DNA from: Macrostomum lignano | Taxonomy: Eukaryota | NCBI GenBank assembly: GCA_002269645.1 | Contig: NIVC01001177.1 | Location: 248,001-312,000 of the forward strand | Reading direction: 5' to 3' | Length of the DNA stretch: 64,000 bases | Shown: positions 12,990 through 25,543 of the stretch, piece after piece | How the letters are laid out: every line of letters starts with the position of its first letter | Numbering within the stretch: the stretch's first letter is position 1 | Notes under the pieces: model-generated | Seen by the model: the letters and a program-made list of their open reading frames with translations, nothing else | What the model was told of the DNA's origin: nothing | Databases searched by the model: none | Position numbers and translations under genes: made by a program

Positions 12990-13167
12990 CGCTCACTTTC
13001 GCTCTCCCTCTCTCCATCCTCCTGTCGCTCTTCTTCTCACCCTCACTCTCATTCTCACTCTCTCACTATCATTCTCACTCTCACTCTCACTCTCAACCTC
13101 ACTCTCACTCTCACTCTCACCCTCACTCTCACTCTCACCCTCACTCTCACTCTCACCCTCACTCTCA

Positions 13168-13199
<32 letters not shown>

Positions 13200-13221
13200 A
13201 TCACTCTCATTCTCACTCTCA

Positions 13222-13257
<36 letters not shown>

Positions 13258-13640
13258 ATCTCACTCTCTCACTATCACTCTCACCCTCACTCTCACTCTC
13301 ACCCTCACTCTCACTCTCACTCTCTCACTCTCTCACTATCACTCTCACTCTCAATCTCACTTTCACCCTCACAATCATTCTCACTCTCTCACCCTCACTC
13401 TCACTCTCACCCTCACTCTCACTCTCACCCTCACTCTCACTCTCACTTTCTCACTCTCATTCTCACTCTCTCACTATCATTCTCACTCTCTCACTATCAT
13501 TCTCACTCTCATTATCACTCTCACCCTCACTCTCACTCTCTCACTATCATTCTCACTCTCTCACTATCATTCTCACTCTCACTATCACTCTCACCCTCAC
13601 TCTCACTCTCTCACTATCACTCTCGCTCTCACTCTCATAC
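12990..13640. repeat. (CTCACT)n hexamer microsatellite
   Basis: Seen directly. Confidence 0.95.
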
Positions 13641-14279
13641 AGAATCTAACTGTTTAATCTACTCGTTTTCGCCCAGCTGCTCATAACTCACATGCATTAT
13701 CTTATCGCGTTTTCAATATCCTAAAAGATTGACTGCTCTCGACCTGAAATTATGAAAAAATTCAACCCTCATGAAAGCGGCCGCGTGGAATCTCTAATCA
13801 AGACAGCGGACTACCTGACTCCGGACCTTCAACGGCTTATTTAATTGCTTTTTCTGCTTTTTAATTTAGCTCAAATAGGATAATTACTGCCTGAATCCTG
13901 ATGGATTTCATCGCTCAAAGACAAAAAGCTTAACAAACCCTTTAATCCAGCAAACAGGCATAGGCGTAAACAGGCTGACCTATTTCAACTGTATTTGAAC
14001 CAGTTAATTTTCTGAGAAATCACTGACCGTAAGTTCATAATTTCGGAGACTTTGCTGCAAGAAAACTCATGTCACGCCGCCGAACAATCTCCGAGGGGTT
14101 CTCTGCAATTTCTCTTTGATTTCCCCCTTGTAGCTCCCGATCTCATCTGTCTCCATCTCTGGTGAAAAGTCTTTAACCGAGCATCGGGCATCAGCTGAGC
14201 TCACTTCAGCACCGAGACAATTTAGAGCGCTTGAGCAGTTCTCCGTCCTCTTCTCTCTGCCTTTTTCCCCTGTCTGACT

Positions 14280-15030
14280 CTGTCTGATTCCATCTCTCTC
14301 TCCATCTCCCTCTCACAATCTCTCTCCATCTCCCTCTCACAATCTCTCTCCATCTACCTCTCACAATCTCTCTCCAGCTCCCTCTCACACACTCTCTCCA
14401 TCTCCCTCTCACACACTCTCTCTCCATCTCCCTCTCACACACTCTCTCTCCATCTCCCTCTCACACACTCTCTCTCTCCATCTCCCTCTCACACACTCTC
14501 TCTCCATCTCCCTCTCACACACTCTCTCTCCAGCTCCCTCTCACACACTCTCTCTCCATCTCCCTCTCACACACTCTCTCTCCATCTCCCTCTCACACAC
14601 TCTCTCTCCATCTCCCTCTCACACACTCTCTCTCCATCTCCCTCTCACAATCTCTCTCCATCTCCCTCTCACAATCTCTCTCCATCTTCCTTTCACAATC
14701 TCTCTCCATCTCCCTCTCACAATCTCTCTCCATCTCCCTTTCACAATCTCTCTCCATCTCCCTCTCACACACACTCTCTCCATCTCCCTTTCACACACAC
14801 TCTCTCCATCTCCCTCTCACACACACTCTCTCCATCTCCCTCTCACACACACTCTCTCCATCTCCCTCTCACACACTCTCTCTCCATCTCCCTTTCACAC
14901 ACACTCTCTCCATCTCCCTTTCACAATCTCTCTCCATCTACCTCTCACAATCTCTCTCCATCTCCCTTTCACAATCTCTCTCCATCTCCCTCTCACAATC
15001 TCTCTCCATCTCCCTCTCACACACACTCTC
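14280..15030. repeat. ~26-bp CT-rich minisatellite (TCTCTCCATCTCCCTCTCACACACAC), left part
   Basis: The same unit resumes at 18512-18640 after the LTR element. Confidence 0.95.
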
Positions 15031-15089
15031 AACTGGGGTCAACCAGGATCCCCATTTTCCCTGACAGGAGCCCCACGCCAGCCTGCCGA

Positions 15090-18000
15090 GTGGTGCCCAC
15101 CGCGGTGATCGCCAGAGTTGCCAGCACCGTGACCGTTCCTGCCCGCAGCCGTGTCATAATCCCGGTCAAGGTGCCGTCGTCCGTCGAGCAGGGTCTGTTC
15201 GAGCCCAGCTCTGATTTCGTCGACAAGACGGGCCTGCTGCCGAACAGGGCACTCGTGGTGTCCAGCGCTGATGGCAACCTGCCGGTGGGCGTCTGCAACC
15301 TGAGCGCCGACCCGGTAGTGCTCTACCAAAACCGGACAATCGGCAACTTCGACTCTGCCGAACCTCATGGATCTGGCGAATAAACTGATGAAGAGGTTGG
15401 CTTCAAAATCAACCCTGAGCTAAGTATGTCGCAACGCAAGCTAATCGAAGCCCTCCTCAGCAAGCACGAGAAAGCATTCGCCAGTAATGAGTTCGATCTG
15501 GGAACAACACACCTGCTGCAGCACGAGATCAACCTGGAGCCCGGCAGTCGCCCTATCAAGCACAGGCAGCGGACAGTCCCGCTGAACTTCTGCCAGCAAG
15601 TGGATAACAAGATCAGTGAGATGCTGCGTCACGGAATCATCGAGCCATCGTGCAGTCCATGGGCGAGCAACCTGCTCGTTGTTCGCAAGAAAAACAACGA
15701 GATCCGAATCTGCACCGACTGGAGAAGCCTCAACTCGTGCACCGTGAAGGACGCCTACCCGCTGCCTCCCCTGTCGGTTGCTCTAGACGCACTTACGGGA
15801 TGCAGTTGGTTCAGCACACTCGATCTCCGCCAAGGGTTCCTGCAGGTCGAGCTACGTGAACAGGATCGAGAGAAGACCGCATTTTACTCAACGCAGGGCC
15901 TGGTGCAGTACAGGAAGCTTGGATTTGGCCTCTGTAACGCTCCAGCAACCTTTCAGCGGCTGATGGATCTAACAATGGCCGGTCTGAACTGGACCGAAGT
16001 GCTCACGTACATGGACGATCTGATTTTGTTCAGCCCGACGTTTGAAAAACACGCCCAAACCTTGGAGCAGGTCCTCGAAAGACTGCAGTCAGCGGGCCTT
16101 AAGCTGAACAAGCGCAAGAGCTGCTTCTGCTTCCAAGAAGTAGAGTACCTGGGCCACAAAATCTCTGCCGAGGGTATTCAACCAACTCAGGAGAAGATCA
16201 GCGCGATCCAGTCCATCCCAACGCCTGATTGTGCCGAAGACTTTCGCCGGCTCGTCGGTATGCTGGGCTTCTATCGGCGATTCGTCCCAAACTTTGCCAG
16301 CATCGCTAATCCGCTTCATCAGGTGACTCAGAAGGGACGGCAGTTTCGGTGGACATCAGAGTGCGAAGTGGCGCTACAGAAGCTGAAGTCAGCGCTCTCG
16401 GCGCCTCCACTGCTGAAGCTGCCGGACTTCTCCAAAGGATTCCGTCTCTGCTGTGACAGCAGCGGCGTGGCCATCGCGGGTGTCCTCAGCCAGCTGCACG
16501 AAGGCGTTGAATGTCCGGTAGCATACGCGTCGCGAGTCCTGAACAAGTCAGAGCGGAAATACTCGACAACGCACCGAGAGCTTCTTGCAATGGTATGGGC
16601 AATTAAGCACTTCCGAAACTACTTGGCGTCAGCTGGTGAAATTCTGGTCTTCAGCGACCACAAGCCGTTGCAAGTGTTGCTGAACACGAAGGAACCCGAA
16701 GGCCGCCTCGCCAGGTGGATCACCTACCTGCAAGAGATCAACTTGACGCTGCTCTTCAGACCTGGTCACGAGAACGTGGTGGCAGATGCGCTAAGCCGAG
16801 GGGCGGCGACTCGGCTGCCACCTGTCTGGTCGGACGACGCTATCAGTGCAGCGCAGGCTGACGACCCGGTGCTGGCGGCGGCACAACGGCTGCTCATCGG
16901 ACAGCAGCCCCGCCGAGGCGAGGCTGCAGAGGATGCAGAGAAACTGCTGAGGACAGAGAAGCTGGACCTAGGTGACGACGGCGTCATCAGAAGGAGCGGC
17001 AAGCCTGTTATTCCGCTTCAAATCCGCTAGGAGCTTCTGAGGTTGCTGCACGATGATCCGGCGAGCGGACACCTCAGAACCGACAGGACACTGGCCAGAG
17101 TCGTCAACAGAGCCTGGTGGCCCGGCCTCAAGGATGACGTTCAGCACTGGGTAAACAGCTGCGAAGTTTGTCAGCATCGTAAGGTGCCACATCAGCACCA
17201 GAGGGCACCACTGCAGGACAACGCCGTGCCATCGGCCCCGTGGGAGATTGTGCAGGTGGACATTAAGGGGCCCCTGCCTACGACCGGGGCTGGCCTGAAG
17301 CACATCATCTGCTTCACGGATGTGTTTTCAAAGTGGGTTGAGGCGACGGCAGTGACAAACATCGAAGCCCGCACGGTGGCTGAGGCAATGCTGCGTAGTG
17401 TGGTTCTTCGCCATGGGTCGCCTGAAATCATCCATTCCGATCAAGGTCGTCAATTCGAAAGCGAGGTCTTCAAGGAACTGTGCCAGCTGCTCGATATTCG
17501 CAAGACAAGGACGACCCCGTTTCATCCAAGCGGAAACCCAGGGGTCGAGCGGTTCAACAGAACATTGGGCGACATGCTGGCGGCCTACTGCATGAAACAG
17601 CACGACAAGTGGGCGGACTTCCTGCCGTATGTCATCTGGGCGTACAACTCGTCGGTGCACAGCACAACAAAGCAATCGCCATATGCAGTGCTGCACGGAC
17701 GCGATCCCCGGATTCCCACCGATCTCAGTCTGCCGGCCACCAGCGAGGGGCGCATCATCACGGACACGCTAGCCAACGCCCGCACCGGAATGCAGCTCGT
17801 GCGGCAGCGCCTGCTGTCGACTCAGCGGTCGCGGAAGCAGCACTACGACAAGCGCCAGCACTTCACTCCGTTCCAGGTCGGCCAGCTGGTGATGCTCAGC
17901 AACCCGGCGGTCCGGAAAGGCGAATTCAAGGCGCTCCTCCGTCGGTGGCTGGGGCCCTACCGCGTTCTCGAAAAGCTCGGCCTCGTCACCTACCGAATCT

Positions 18001-18248
18001 CTAAGCCCTCTGGCCGGAGGCGAAGCTCGGTGGTGCATCACGACCGGCTGAAGGCGTTCGTGCGCAGGCGGCCGCAGCCAAAGCTTGCGTTGCCCGCCGC
18101 TGACCCGCATGCAGCAGAGGACGGCCGGCCGCCCAGTCCCGTTGATCCGCGGCAGACCTAGACGGAACTGGACGAGCCGACGGCTGCTGGGCCTCGTCGC
18201 TCTGAGAGGACTTGGAGACCGCCAGATTTTTTTGTTGCGCAGTTCTAA
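15090..18248 (+). pseudogene. gypsy pol (post-protease spacer, RT, RNase H, integrase) interrupted by three in-frame stops
   Basis: ORFs 15090, 15426 and 17043 share one frame. RT: SPWASNLLVV, LDLRQGFLQ, YMDDL. RNase H: CCDSS, YASRVL, SDHKPL. Integrase: HHCC, DDE core (VQVDIKG, HSDQG, VERFNRTL), GPY motif. Stops at 15381, 17028 and 18159. Confidence 0.9.
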
Positions 18249-18341
18249 TCGAACAAACATGTTGCGGCGCTCGAATTCTAAGTTAAATCGTCACTTTTTT
18301 TAAGCCATTGTTTTTTAATCCTCAATTTAGGGAGGGAGAGA

Positions 18342-18511
18342 TGTAAATAGCATCATTTTCGCTCTCGCGTGCGCGTGAACTTATGTGTTTTATGCTCAGT
18401 GTACAATCGCTAGTGTACATTGCAAAATCAAATATAAAATATCTCGCTTGGCTTTAGCCTCTTCGTGTTTTTCTCTGACTAGCTCAAACCCGCCCTTTTG
18501 GCTAGTTTACA
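18342..18511 (+). repeat. 3' LTR (170 bp)
   Basis: Starts TGTAAA, ends TTTACA (6-bp inverted termini), and directly follows the PPT. Confidence 0.88.
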
Positions 18512-18779
18512 TCCCTTTCACAATTTCTCTCCATCTCCCTCTCACACACACTCTCTCCATCTCCCTCTCACACACACTCTCTCCATCTCCCTCTCACACA
18601 CACTCTCTCCATCTCCCTCTCACACACACTCTCTCCATCTCCAAAATCGTTATTAACAGGCAGCGTACATGTACTCACAGATTTGCCGATATTTGTATCG
18701 GTAAGCTCCCTCATACATCTATTGGTTCCTTTTTGTCTACGCTTCTCATCAAAGAATTTCCCGGCAACAATTTTTTGAC

Positions 18780-19314
18780 TGTCAGGATGGACTGCGCGCT
18801 GCCACAACTGATGCCACAGGCCTCTGCTATCTCAGCAACAGTCACTCGCCTGTCCTCGTCAAGGAGGCTCTGGACGCTGTCGATGACACTCTGGCTGGTG
18901 GAGGTCCTGGTTCTCCCACTGCGAGGTTCGTCTTCGAAGTCACCTTTGCCTCCTTCAAAACTATGAATCCAGCGGATGATGGTGCGATACGATGGTGCAG
19001 ACTCCCCATGTTGCTCACGCAAACGGGCTTCGATTTCCTTTGCTGCTGTGCCCCGCCTCCATTCATAATGGATGACGGCACGTATGGCTTCGCTTGAGAC
19101 TGACATAGTCGCTCAGGGTCGGTGAAGAAAAAATGCTGTAGATTCTCGTTTATGTTTAAGTAGGGGACATAATGCGTCTATGGCAACAACTAAAATCAAT
19201 TTAAGAAAAGTCCCATGTGCTCATGGATGAAGGAATAGAATAGAACTTCTATTCTTTCATCCATGCATGTACTGAAAAAATTATGCAGTGACAGAAATTT
19301 TTGATCGCCCCTCG
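18780..19314 (-). mobile_element. Tc1/mariner transposon 5' fragment (TIR plus N-terminal HTH domains of the transposase)
   Basis: ATG at 19106: IRAVIHYEW, SYRTIIRW..F..G, EDEPRSGR, RRVTVAEIAE. Minus-strand end reads TA-CGAGGGGCGATCAAAAA (TA at 19315-19316). DDD domain and second TIR not seen. Confidence 0.88.
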
Positions 19315-19316
19315 TA

Positions 19317-20400
19317 CCATAGACAAAAGGGAACAATACTTGATACAGATTGCCCTATCCCAGCCATGGACAAAAGGGAACAATACTTGATACAGATTGC
19401 CCTATCCCAGCCATGGACAAAAGGGAACAATACTTGATACAGATTGCCCTATCCCAGCCATGGACAAAAGGGAACAATACTTGATACAGATTGCCCTATC
19501 CCAGCCATGGACAAAAGGGAACAATACTTGATACAGATTGCCCTATCCCAGCCATAGACAAAAGGGAACAATACTTGATACAGATTGCCCTATCCCAGCC
19601 ATAGACAAAAGGGAACAATACTTGATACAGATTGCCCTATCCCAGCCATAGACAAAAGGGAACAATACTTGATACAGATTGCCCTATCCCAGCCATAGAC
19701 AAAAGGGAACAATACTTGATACAGATTGCCCTATCCCAGCCATAGACAAAAGGGAACAATACTTGATACAGATTGCCCTATCCCAGCCATAGACAAAAGG
19801 GAACAATACTTGATACAGATTGCCCTATCCCAGCCATAGACAAAAGGGAACAATACTTGATACAGATTGCCCTATCCCAGCCATGGACAAAAGGGAACAA
19901 TGCTTGATACAGATTGCCCTATCCCAGCCATAGACAAAAGGGAACAATACTTGATACAGATTGCCCTATCCCAGCCATGGACAAAAGGGAACAATACTTG
20001 ATACAGATTGCCCTATCCCAGCCATAGACAAAAGGGAACAATACTTGATACAGATTGCCCTATCCCAGCCATAGACAAAAGAGAACAATACTTGATACAG
20101 ATTGCCCTATCCCAGCCATAGACAAAAGGGAACAATACTTGATACAGATTGCCCTATCCCAGCCATGGACAAAAGGGAACAATACTTGATACAGATTGCC
20201 CTATCCCAGCCATAGACAAAAGGGAACAATACTTGATACAGATTGCCCTATCCCAGCCATGGACAAAAGAGAACAATACTTGATACAGATTGCCCTATCC
20301 CAGCCATAGACAAAAGGGAACAATACTTGATACAGATTGCCCTATCCCAGCCATGGACAAAAGAGAACAATACTTGATACAGATTGCCCTATCCCAGCCA
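19317..20400. repeat. 47-bp tandem repeat, about 23 near-identical copies
   Basis: TGATACAGAT recurs at 19341 and 19388. The array starts immediately after the mariner TA. Confidence 0.97.
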
Positions 20401-21044
20401 ATATGCACATTTTGGCAACAACCTTCGCATTGTTTGCATGTGACTTACAGTAAATCATTGCTTAGAAGAGCAGATTTTCGATGAGTGGTACAGCAAAACT
20501 AATCAGAAATGAGTTACCCCCCCCTCCCTGTCAAAGAGAAAAATCCTCACCAATTAATTTCATAAAAAACCCTGCCTCTCATTTGCAAATTTCAGTCTTC
20601 AATCGAGTTTCCATCTGCTTTTTGTTGCCTTTGCATCCTTGAATCCAAATTAAAAAGCTGTGATGAGCATCCCCGTTTTGTCAAGACTAACCTAACCCCA
20701 CAGAAATCCCCCTGTGCTCAGAAGAGAAAGGTTAGAGTCGTATTAGTAGGTAGCGGAAAAAGCTTCTGCTGCAAGCCCTTTAAGGAATCAGTTTTCTTCA
20801 AACAGATAAAAAGGCTCATCGAAAGAGTCATTATTTAACCCTGTTGCCATCGACTCAAATTATGTCTCCACATCGATGACGAGGGAAACCTTCTGAAGTC
20901 ACGAAAGCGGAGGCTGCTGAGCTAAGAAAATATGAGCGATTGGAAACTTTTGTCATTCCATCTTGATTAAAGGACTATTCTTCTTCTTCTGAGGCTGAGC
21001 TGATTTTAGGGTCTGCAGTCCGAGTTACGGGGCGGGCGGGTTTG

Positions 21045-21362
21045 AGAATCCGCTTTTCGAGTTGGGGGCGGTTTTGAGAATCCGCTGTTCGAGTTGGGGG
21101 CGGTTTTGAGAATCCGCTGTTCGAGTTGGGGGCGGTTTTGAGAATCCGCTGTTCGAGTTGGGGGCGGTTTTGAGAATCCGCTGTTCGAGTTGGGGGCGGT
21201 TATGAGAATCCGCTGTTCGACTTGGGGGCGGTTTTGAGGATCCGCTATTCGAGTTGGGGGCGGTTTTGAGGATCCGCTATTCGAGTTGGGGCCGGATTTT
21301 GGAATCCGCTTTTCGAGATGGGTAGGGGCGTTCTGAGAATCTGCTGTTCGAGTTGGGGGTGG
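21045..21362. repeat. 32-bp G-rich tandem repeat (GAGAATCCGCTGTTCGAGTTGGGGGCGGTTTT)
   Basis: Period 32 (21061, 21093); about 10 copies. Confidence 0.95.
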
Positions 21363-22024
21363 TTTTAAGGATTCGCTGTAGTGAAAAATCACATCGAAAA
21401 TCCCATTTGGAACTTTTTTCCGATTGTGAAAATCTCTCCCGTGAACTCGTTGAACTCAGTCAATCTGAGGCAAACTCAACGAACTCAAAACTCACGCAAA
21501 ATAATTTTGTGATCTTCTTCTTATCTAATTGGAATATTTTCCAAGGCGTCACTTCCTTCAGGAGGAAGCTTTATCATCACGTGATCCTCAAAGTAAGAAT
21601 CCCACGCGGAAAAGCATGCAAACTAAGCCGCTTGGCGGCATCACTTCCGATTTTGCTTTTAAAAGGAAAATCTCAGTGATATGTTTTGCCAACAAATTAA
21701 TAATAAAAGTTACAGCATAAAATGATGCTACAATCCAGGGTCAGCAAAGGACGAGATTAACTTCTATTAGAAGATAATTAATCATCCGCTACATACTGAG
21801 GGTCCGTGGACTTCTAGTCCAATACTGTCACTTGGATTGGAAGCTGTAGGCAATTTAAGACAACTTTGATTGGTGCGTGAAAAAATTTAGTAAAGTCCAA
21901 TCTTTCTTTTCTGAATGTTTTTGCAATCAGATTTCCAAAGTGATTTGAATAGTTCTGATCGGTTTTGAGAATGCTGTCCGTGTCTGTCTGTCTGCCTGCC
22001 TGCCTGCCTGCCTGCCTGCCTATC

Positions 22025-22882
22025 TGTCTTAGTGTCTTAAGTCTGGCTTAGAGTGTCTTAGTGTCTTAGTGTCTGGCTTAGAGTGTCTTAGTGTCTTAGT
22101 GTCTGGCTTAGAGTGTCTTAGTGTCTTAGTGTCTGGCTTAGAGTGTCTTAGTGTCTTAGTGTCTGGCTTAGAGTGTCTTAGTGTCTTAGTGTCTGGCTTA
22201 GAGTGTCTTAGTGTCTTAGTGTCTGGCTTAGAGTGTCTTAGTGTCTTAGTGTCTGGCTTAGAGTGTCTTAGTGTCTTAGTGTCTGGCTTAGAGTGTCTTA
22301 GTGTCTTAGTGTCTGGCTTAGAGTGTCTTAGTGTCTTAGTGTCTGGCTTAGAGTGTCTTAGTGTCTTAGTGTCTTAGTGTCTTAGTGTCTTAGTGTCTTA
22401 GTGTCTGCCTTAGAGTAGTGTCTTAGTGTCTGCCTTAGAGTAGTGTCTTAGTGTCTGCCTTAGAGTGTCTTAGTGTCTTAGTGTCTGCCTTAGAGTGTCT
22501 TAGTGTCTTAGTGTCTGCCTTAGAGTGTCTTAGTGTCTGCCTTAGAGTAGTGTCTTAGTGTCTGCCTTAGAGTAGTGTCTTAGTGTCTGGCTTAGAGTGT
22601 CTTAGTGTCTTAGTGTCTGGCTTAGAGTGTCTTAGTGTCTTAGTGTCTGGCTTAGAGTGTCTTAGTGTCTTAGTGTCTGGCTTAGAGTGTCTTAGTGTAT
22701 TAGTGTCTGGCTTAGAGTGTCTTAGTGTCTTAGTGTCTGGCTTAGAGTGTCTTAGTGTCTTAGTGTCTGGCTTAGAGTGTCTTAGTGTCTTAGGGTCTGG
22801 CTTAGAGTGTCTTAGTGTCTTAGTGTCTGGCTTAGAGTGTCTTAGTGTCTTAGTGTCTGCCTTAGTGTGTCTTAGTGTCTTA

Positions 22883-22936
<54 letters not shown>

Positions 22937-24102
22937 CTGTCTGTCTGTCTGTTTGTCCGTCTGTCTCTGCTTAGACAGTCCAGTCCAGTCAGATCCAGTC
23001 CAGATTTGCAACCATGGAGTCCTCGAGATGCCTAATAGAATCCAGCAGTATCATGTGATATCGAGCACAAAAAGTACACTGAACAGGAACAGGCATTCGG
23101 AGCACTGCTCCCACATCTAGGCGGCTTAGAGTGTCTTAGTGTCTTAGTGTCTGGCTTAGAGTGTCTTAGTGTCTTAGTGTCTTAGTGTCTTAGTGTCTTA
23201 GTGTCTTAGTGTCTGCCTTAGAGTAGTGTCTTAGTGTCTGCCTTAGAGTAGTGTCTTAGTGTCTGCCTTAGAGTGTCTTAGTGTCTTAGTGTCTGGCTTA
23301 GAGTGTCTTAGTGTCTTAGTGTCTGGCTTAGAGTGTCTTAGTGTCTTAGTGTCTTAGTGTCTTAGTGTCTTAGTGTCTTAGTGTCCGCCTTAGAGTAGTG
23401 TCTTAGTGTCTGCCTTAGAGTGTCTTAGTGTCTTAGTGTCTGCCTTAGAGTGTCTTAGTGTCTTAGTGTCTGCCTTAGAGTGTCTTAGTGTCTTAGTGTC
23501 TGCCTTAGAGTGTCTTAGTGTCTTAGTGTCTGCCTTAGAGTGTCTTAGTGTCTTAGTGTCTGCCTTAGAGTGTCTTAGTGTCTTAGTGTCTGCCTTAGAG
23601 TAGTGTCTTAGTGTCTGCCTTAGAGTGTCTTAGTGTCTTAGTGTCTGCCTTAGAGTGTCTTAGTGTCTTAGTGTCTGCCTTAGAGTGTCTTAGTGTCTTA
23701 GTGTCTGCCTTAGAGTGTCTTAGTGTCTTAGTGTCTGCCTTAGAGTGTCTTAGTGTCTGCCTTAGAGTAGTGTCTTAGTGTCTGCCTTAGAGTAGTGTCT
23801 TAGTGTCTGGCTTAGAGTGTCTTAGTGTCTTAGTGTCTGGCTTAGAGTGTCTTAGTGTCTTAGTGTCTGGCTTAGAGTGTCTTAGTGTCTTAGTGTCTGG
23901 CTTAGAGTGTCTTAGTGTATTAGTGTCTGGCTTAGAGTGTCTTAGTGTCTTAGTGTCTGGCTTAGAGTGTCTTAGTGTCTTAGTGTCTGGCTTAGAGTGT
24001 CTTAGTGTCTTAGGGTCTGGCTTAGAGTGTCTTAGTGTCTTAGTGTCTGGCTTAGAGTGTCTTAGTGTCTTAGTGTCTGCCTTAGTGTGTCTTAGTGTCT
24101 TA

Positions 24103-24152
<50 letters not shown>

Positions 24153-25493
24153 CTGTCTGTCTGTCTGTTTGTCCGTCTGTCTCTGCTTAGACAGTCCAGT
24201 CCAGTCAGATCCAGTCCAGATTTGCAACCATGGAGTCCTCGAGATGCCTAATAGAATCCAGCAGTATCATGTGATATCGAGCACAAAAAGTACACTGAAC
24301 AGGAACAGGCATTCGGAGCACTGCTCCCACATCTAGGCGGCTTAGAGTGTCTTAGTGTCTTAGTGTCTGGCTTAGAGTGTCTTAGTGTCTTAGTGTCTTA
24401 GTGTCTTAGTGTCTTAGTGTCTTAGTGTCTGCCTTAGAGTAGTGTCTTAGTGTCTGCCTTAGAGTAGTGTCTTAGTGTCTGCCTTAGAGTGTCTTAGTGT
24501 CTTAGTGTCTGGCTTAGAGTGTCTTAGTGTCTTAGTGTCTGGCTTAGAGTGTCTTAGTGTCTTAGTGTCTTAGTGTCTTAGTGTCTTAGTGTCTTAGTGT
24601 CCGCCTTAGAGTAGTGTCTTAGTGTCTGCCTTAGAGTGTCTTAGTGTCTTAGTGTCTGCCTTAGAGTGTCTTAGTGTCTTAGTGTCTGCCTTAGAGTGTC
24701 TTAGTGTCTTAGTGTCTGCCTTAGAGTGTCTTAGTGTCTTAGTGTCTGCCTTAGAGTGTCTTAGTGTCTTAGTGTCTGCCTTAGAGTAGTGTCTTAGTGT
24801 CTGCCTTAGAGTGTCTTAGTGTCTTAGTGTCTGCCTTAGAGTGTCTTAGTGTCTTAGTGTCTGCCTTAGAGTGTCTTAGTGTCTTAGTGTCTGCCTTAGA
24901 GTGTCTTAGTGTCTTAGTGTCTGCCTTAGAGTGTCTTAGTGTCTTAGTGTCTGCCTTAGAGTGTCTTAGTGTCTTAGTGTCTGCCTTAGAGTAGTGTCTT
25001 AGTGTCTGCCTTAGAGTGTCTTAGTGTCTTAGTGTCTGCCTTAGAGTGTCTTAGTGTCTTAGTGTCTGCCTTAGAGTGTCTTAGTGTCTTAGTGTCTGCC
25101 TTAGAGTGTCTTAGTGTCTTAGTGTCTGCCTTAGAGTGTCTTAGTGTCTGCCTTAGAGTAGTGTCTTAGTGTCTGCCTTAGAGTAGTGTCTTAGTGTCTG
25201 GCTTAGAGTGTCTTAGTGTCTTAGTGTCTGGCTTAGAGTGTCTTAGTGTCTTAGTGTCTGGCTTAGAGTGTCTTAGTGTCTTAGTGTCTGGCTTAGAGTG
25301 TCTTAGTGTCTTAGTGTCTGGCTTAGAGTGTCTTAGTGTCTTAGTGTCTGGCTTAGAGTGTCTTAGTGTCTTAGTGTCTGGCTTAGAGTGTCTTAGTGTC
25401 TTAGGGTCTGGCTTAGAGTGTTTTAGTGTCTTAGTGTCTGGCTTAGAGTGTCTTAGTGTCTTAGTGTCTGCCTTAGTGTGTCTTAGTGTCTTA

Positions 25494-25543
<50 letters not shown>

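Larger units (their letters stand above)
15031..18511 (+). mobile_element. Ty3/gypsy LTR retrotransposon, 5'-truncated (no 5' LTR or gag)
   Basis: pol order RT-RNaseH-integrase, polypurine tract AGGGAGGGAGAGA (18329-18341), then an LTR. Confidence 0.95.

Noticed and set aside
12961-13686. Ser/Leu/His-rich ORFs here and at 29927-31123, 42132-43632, 50351-51893 and 61111-63499 flanks
   Set aside because: Translations of microsatellites and minisatellites.
15381-18161. Alternative genetic code (TAR = Gln) as the explanation for the gypsy stops
   Set aside because: The host gene DDX56 ends in TAA, and no host exon contains an in-frame TAR.
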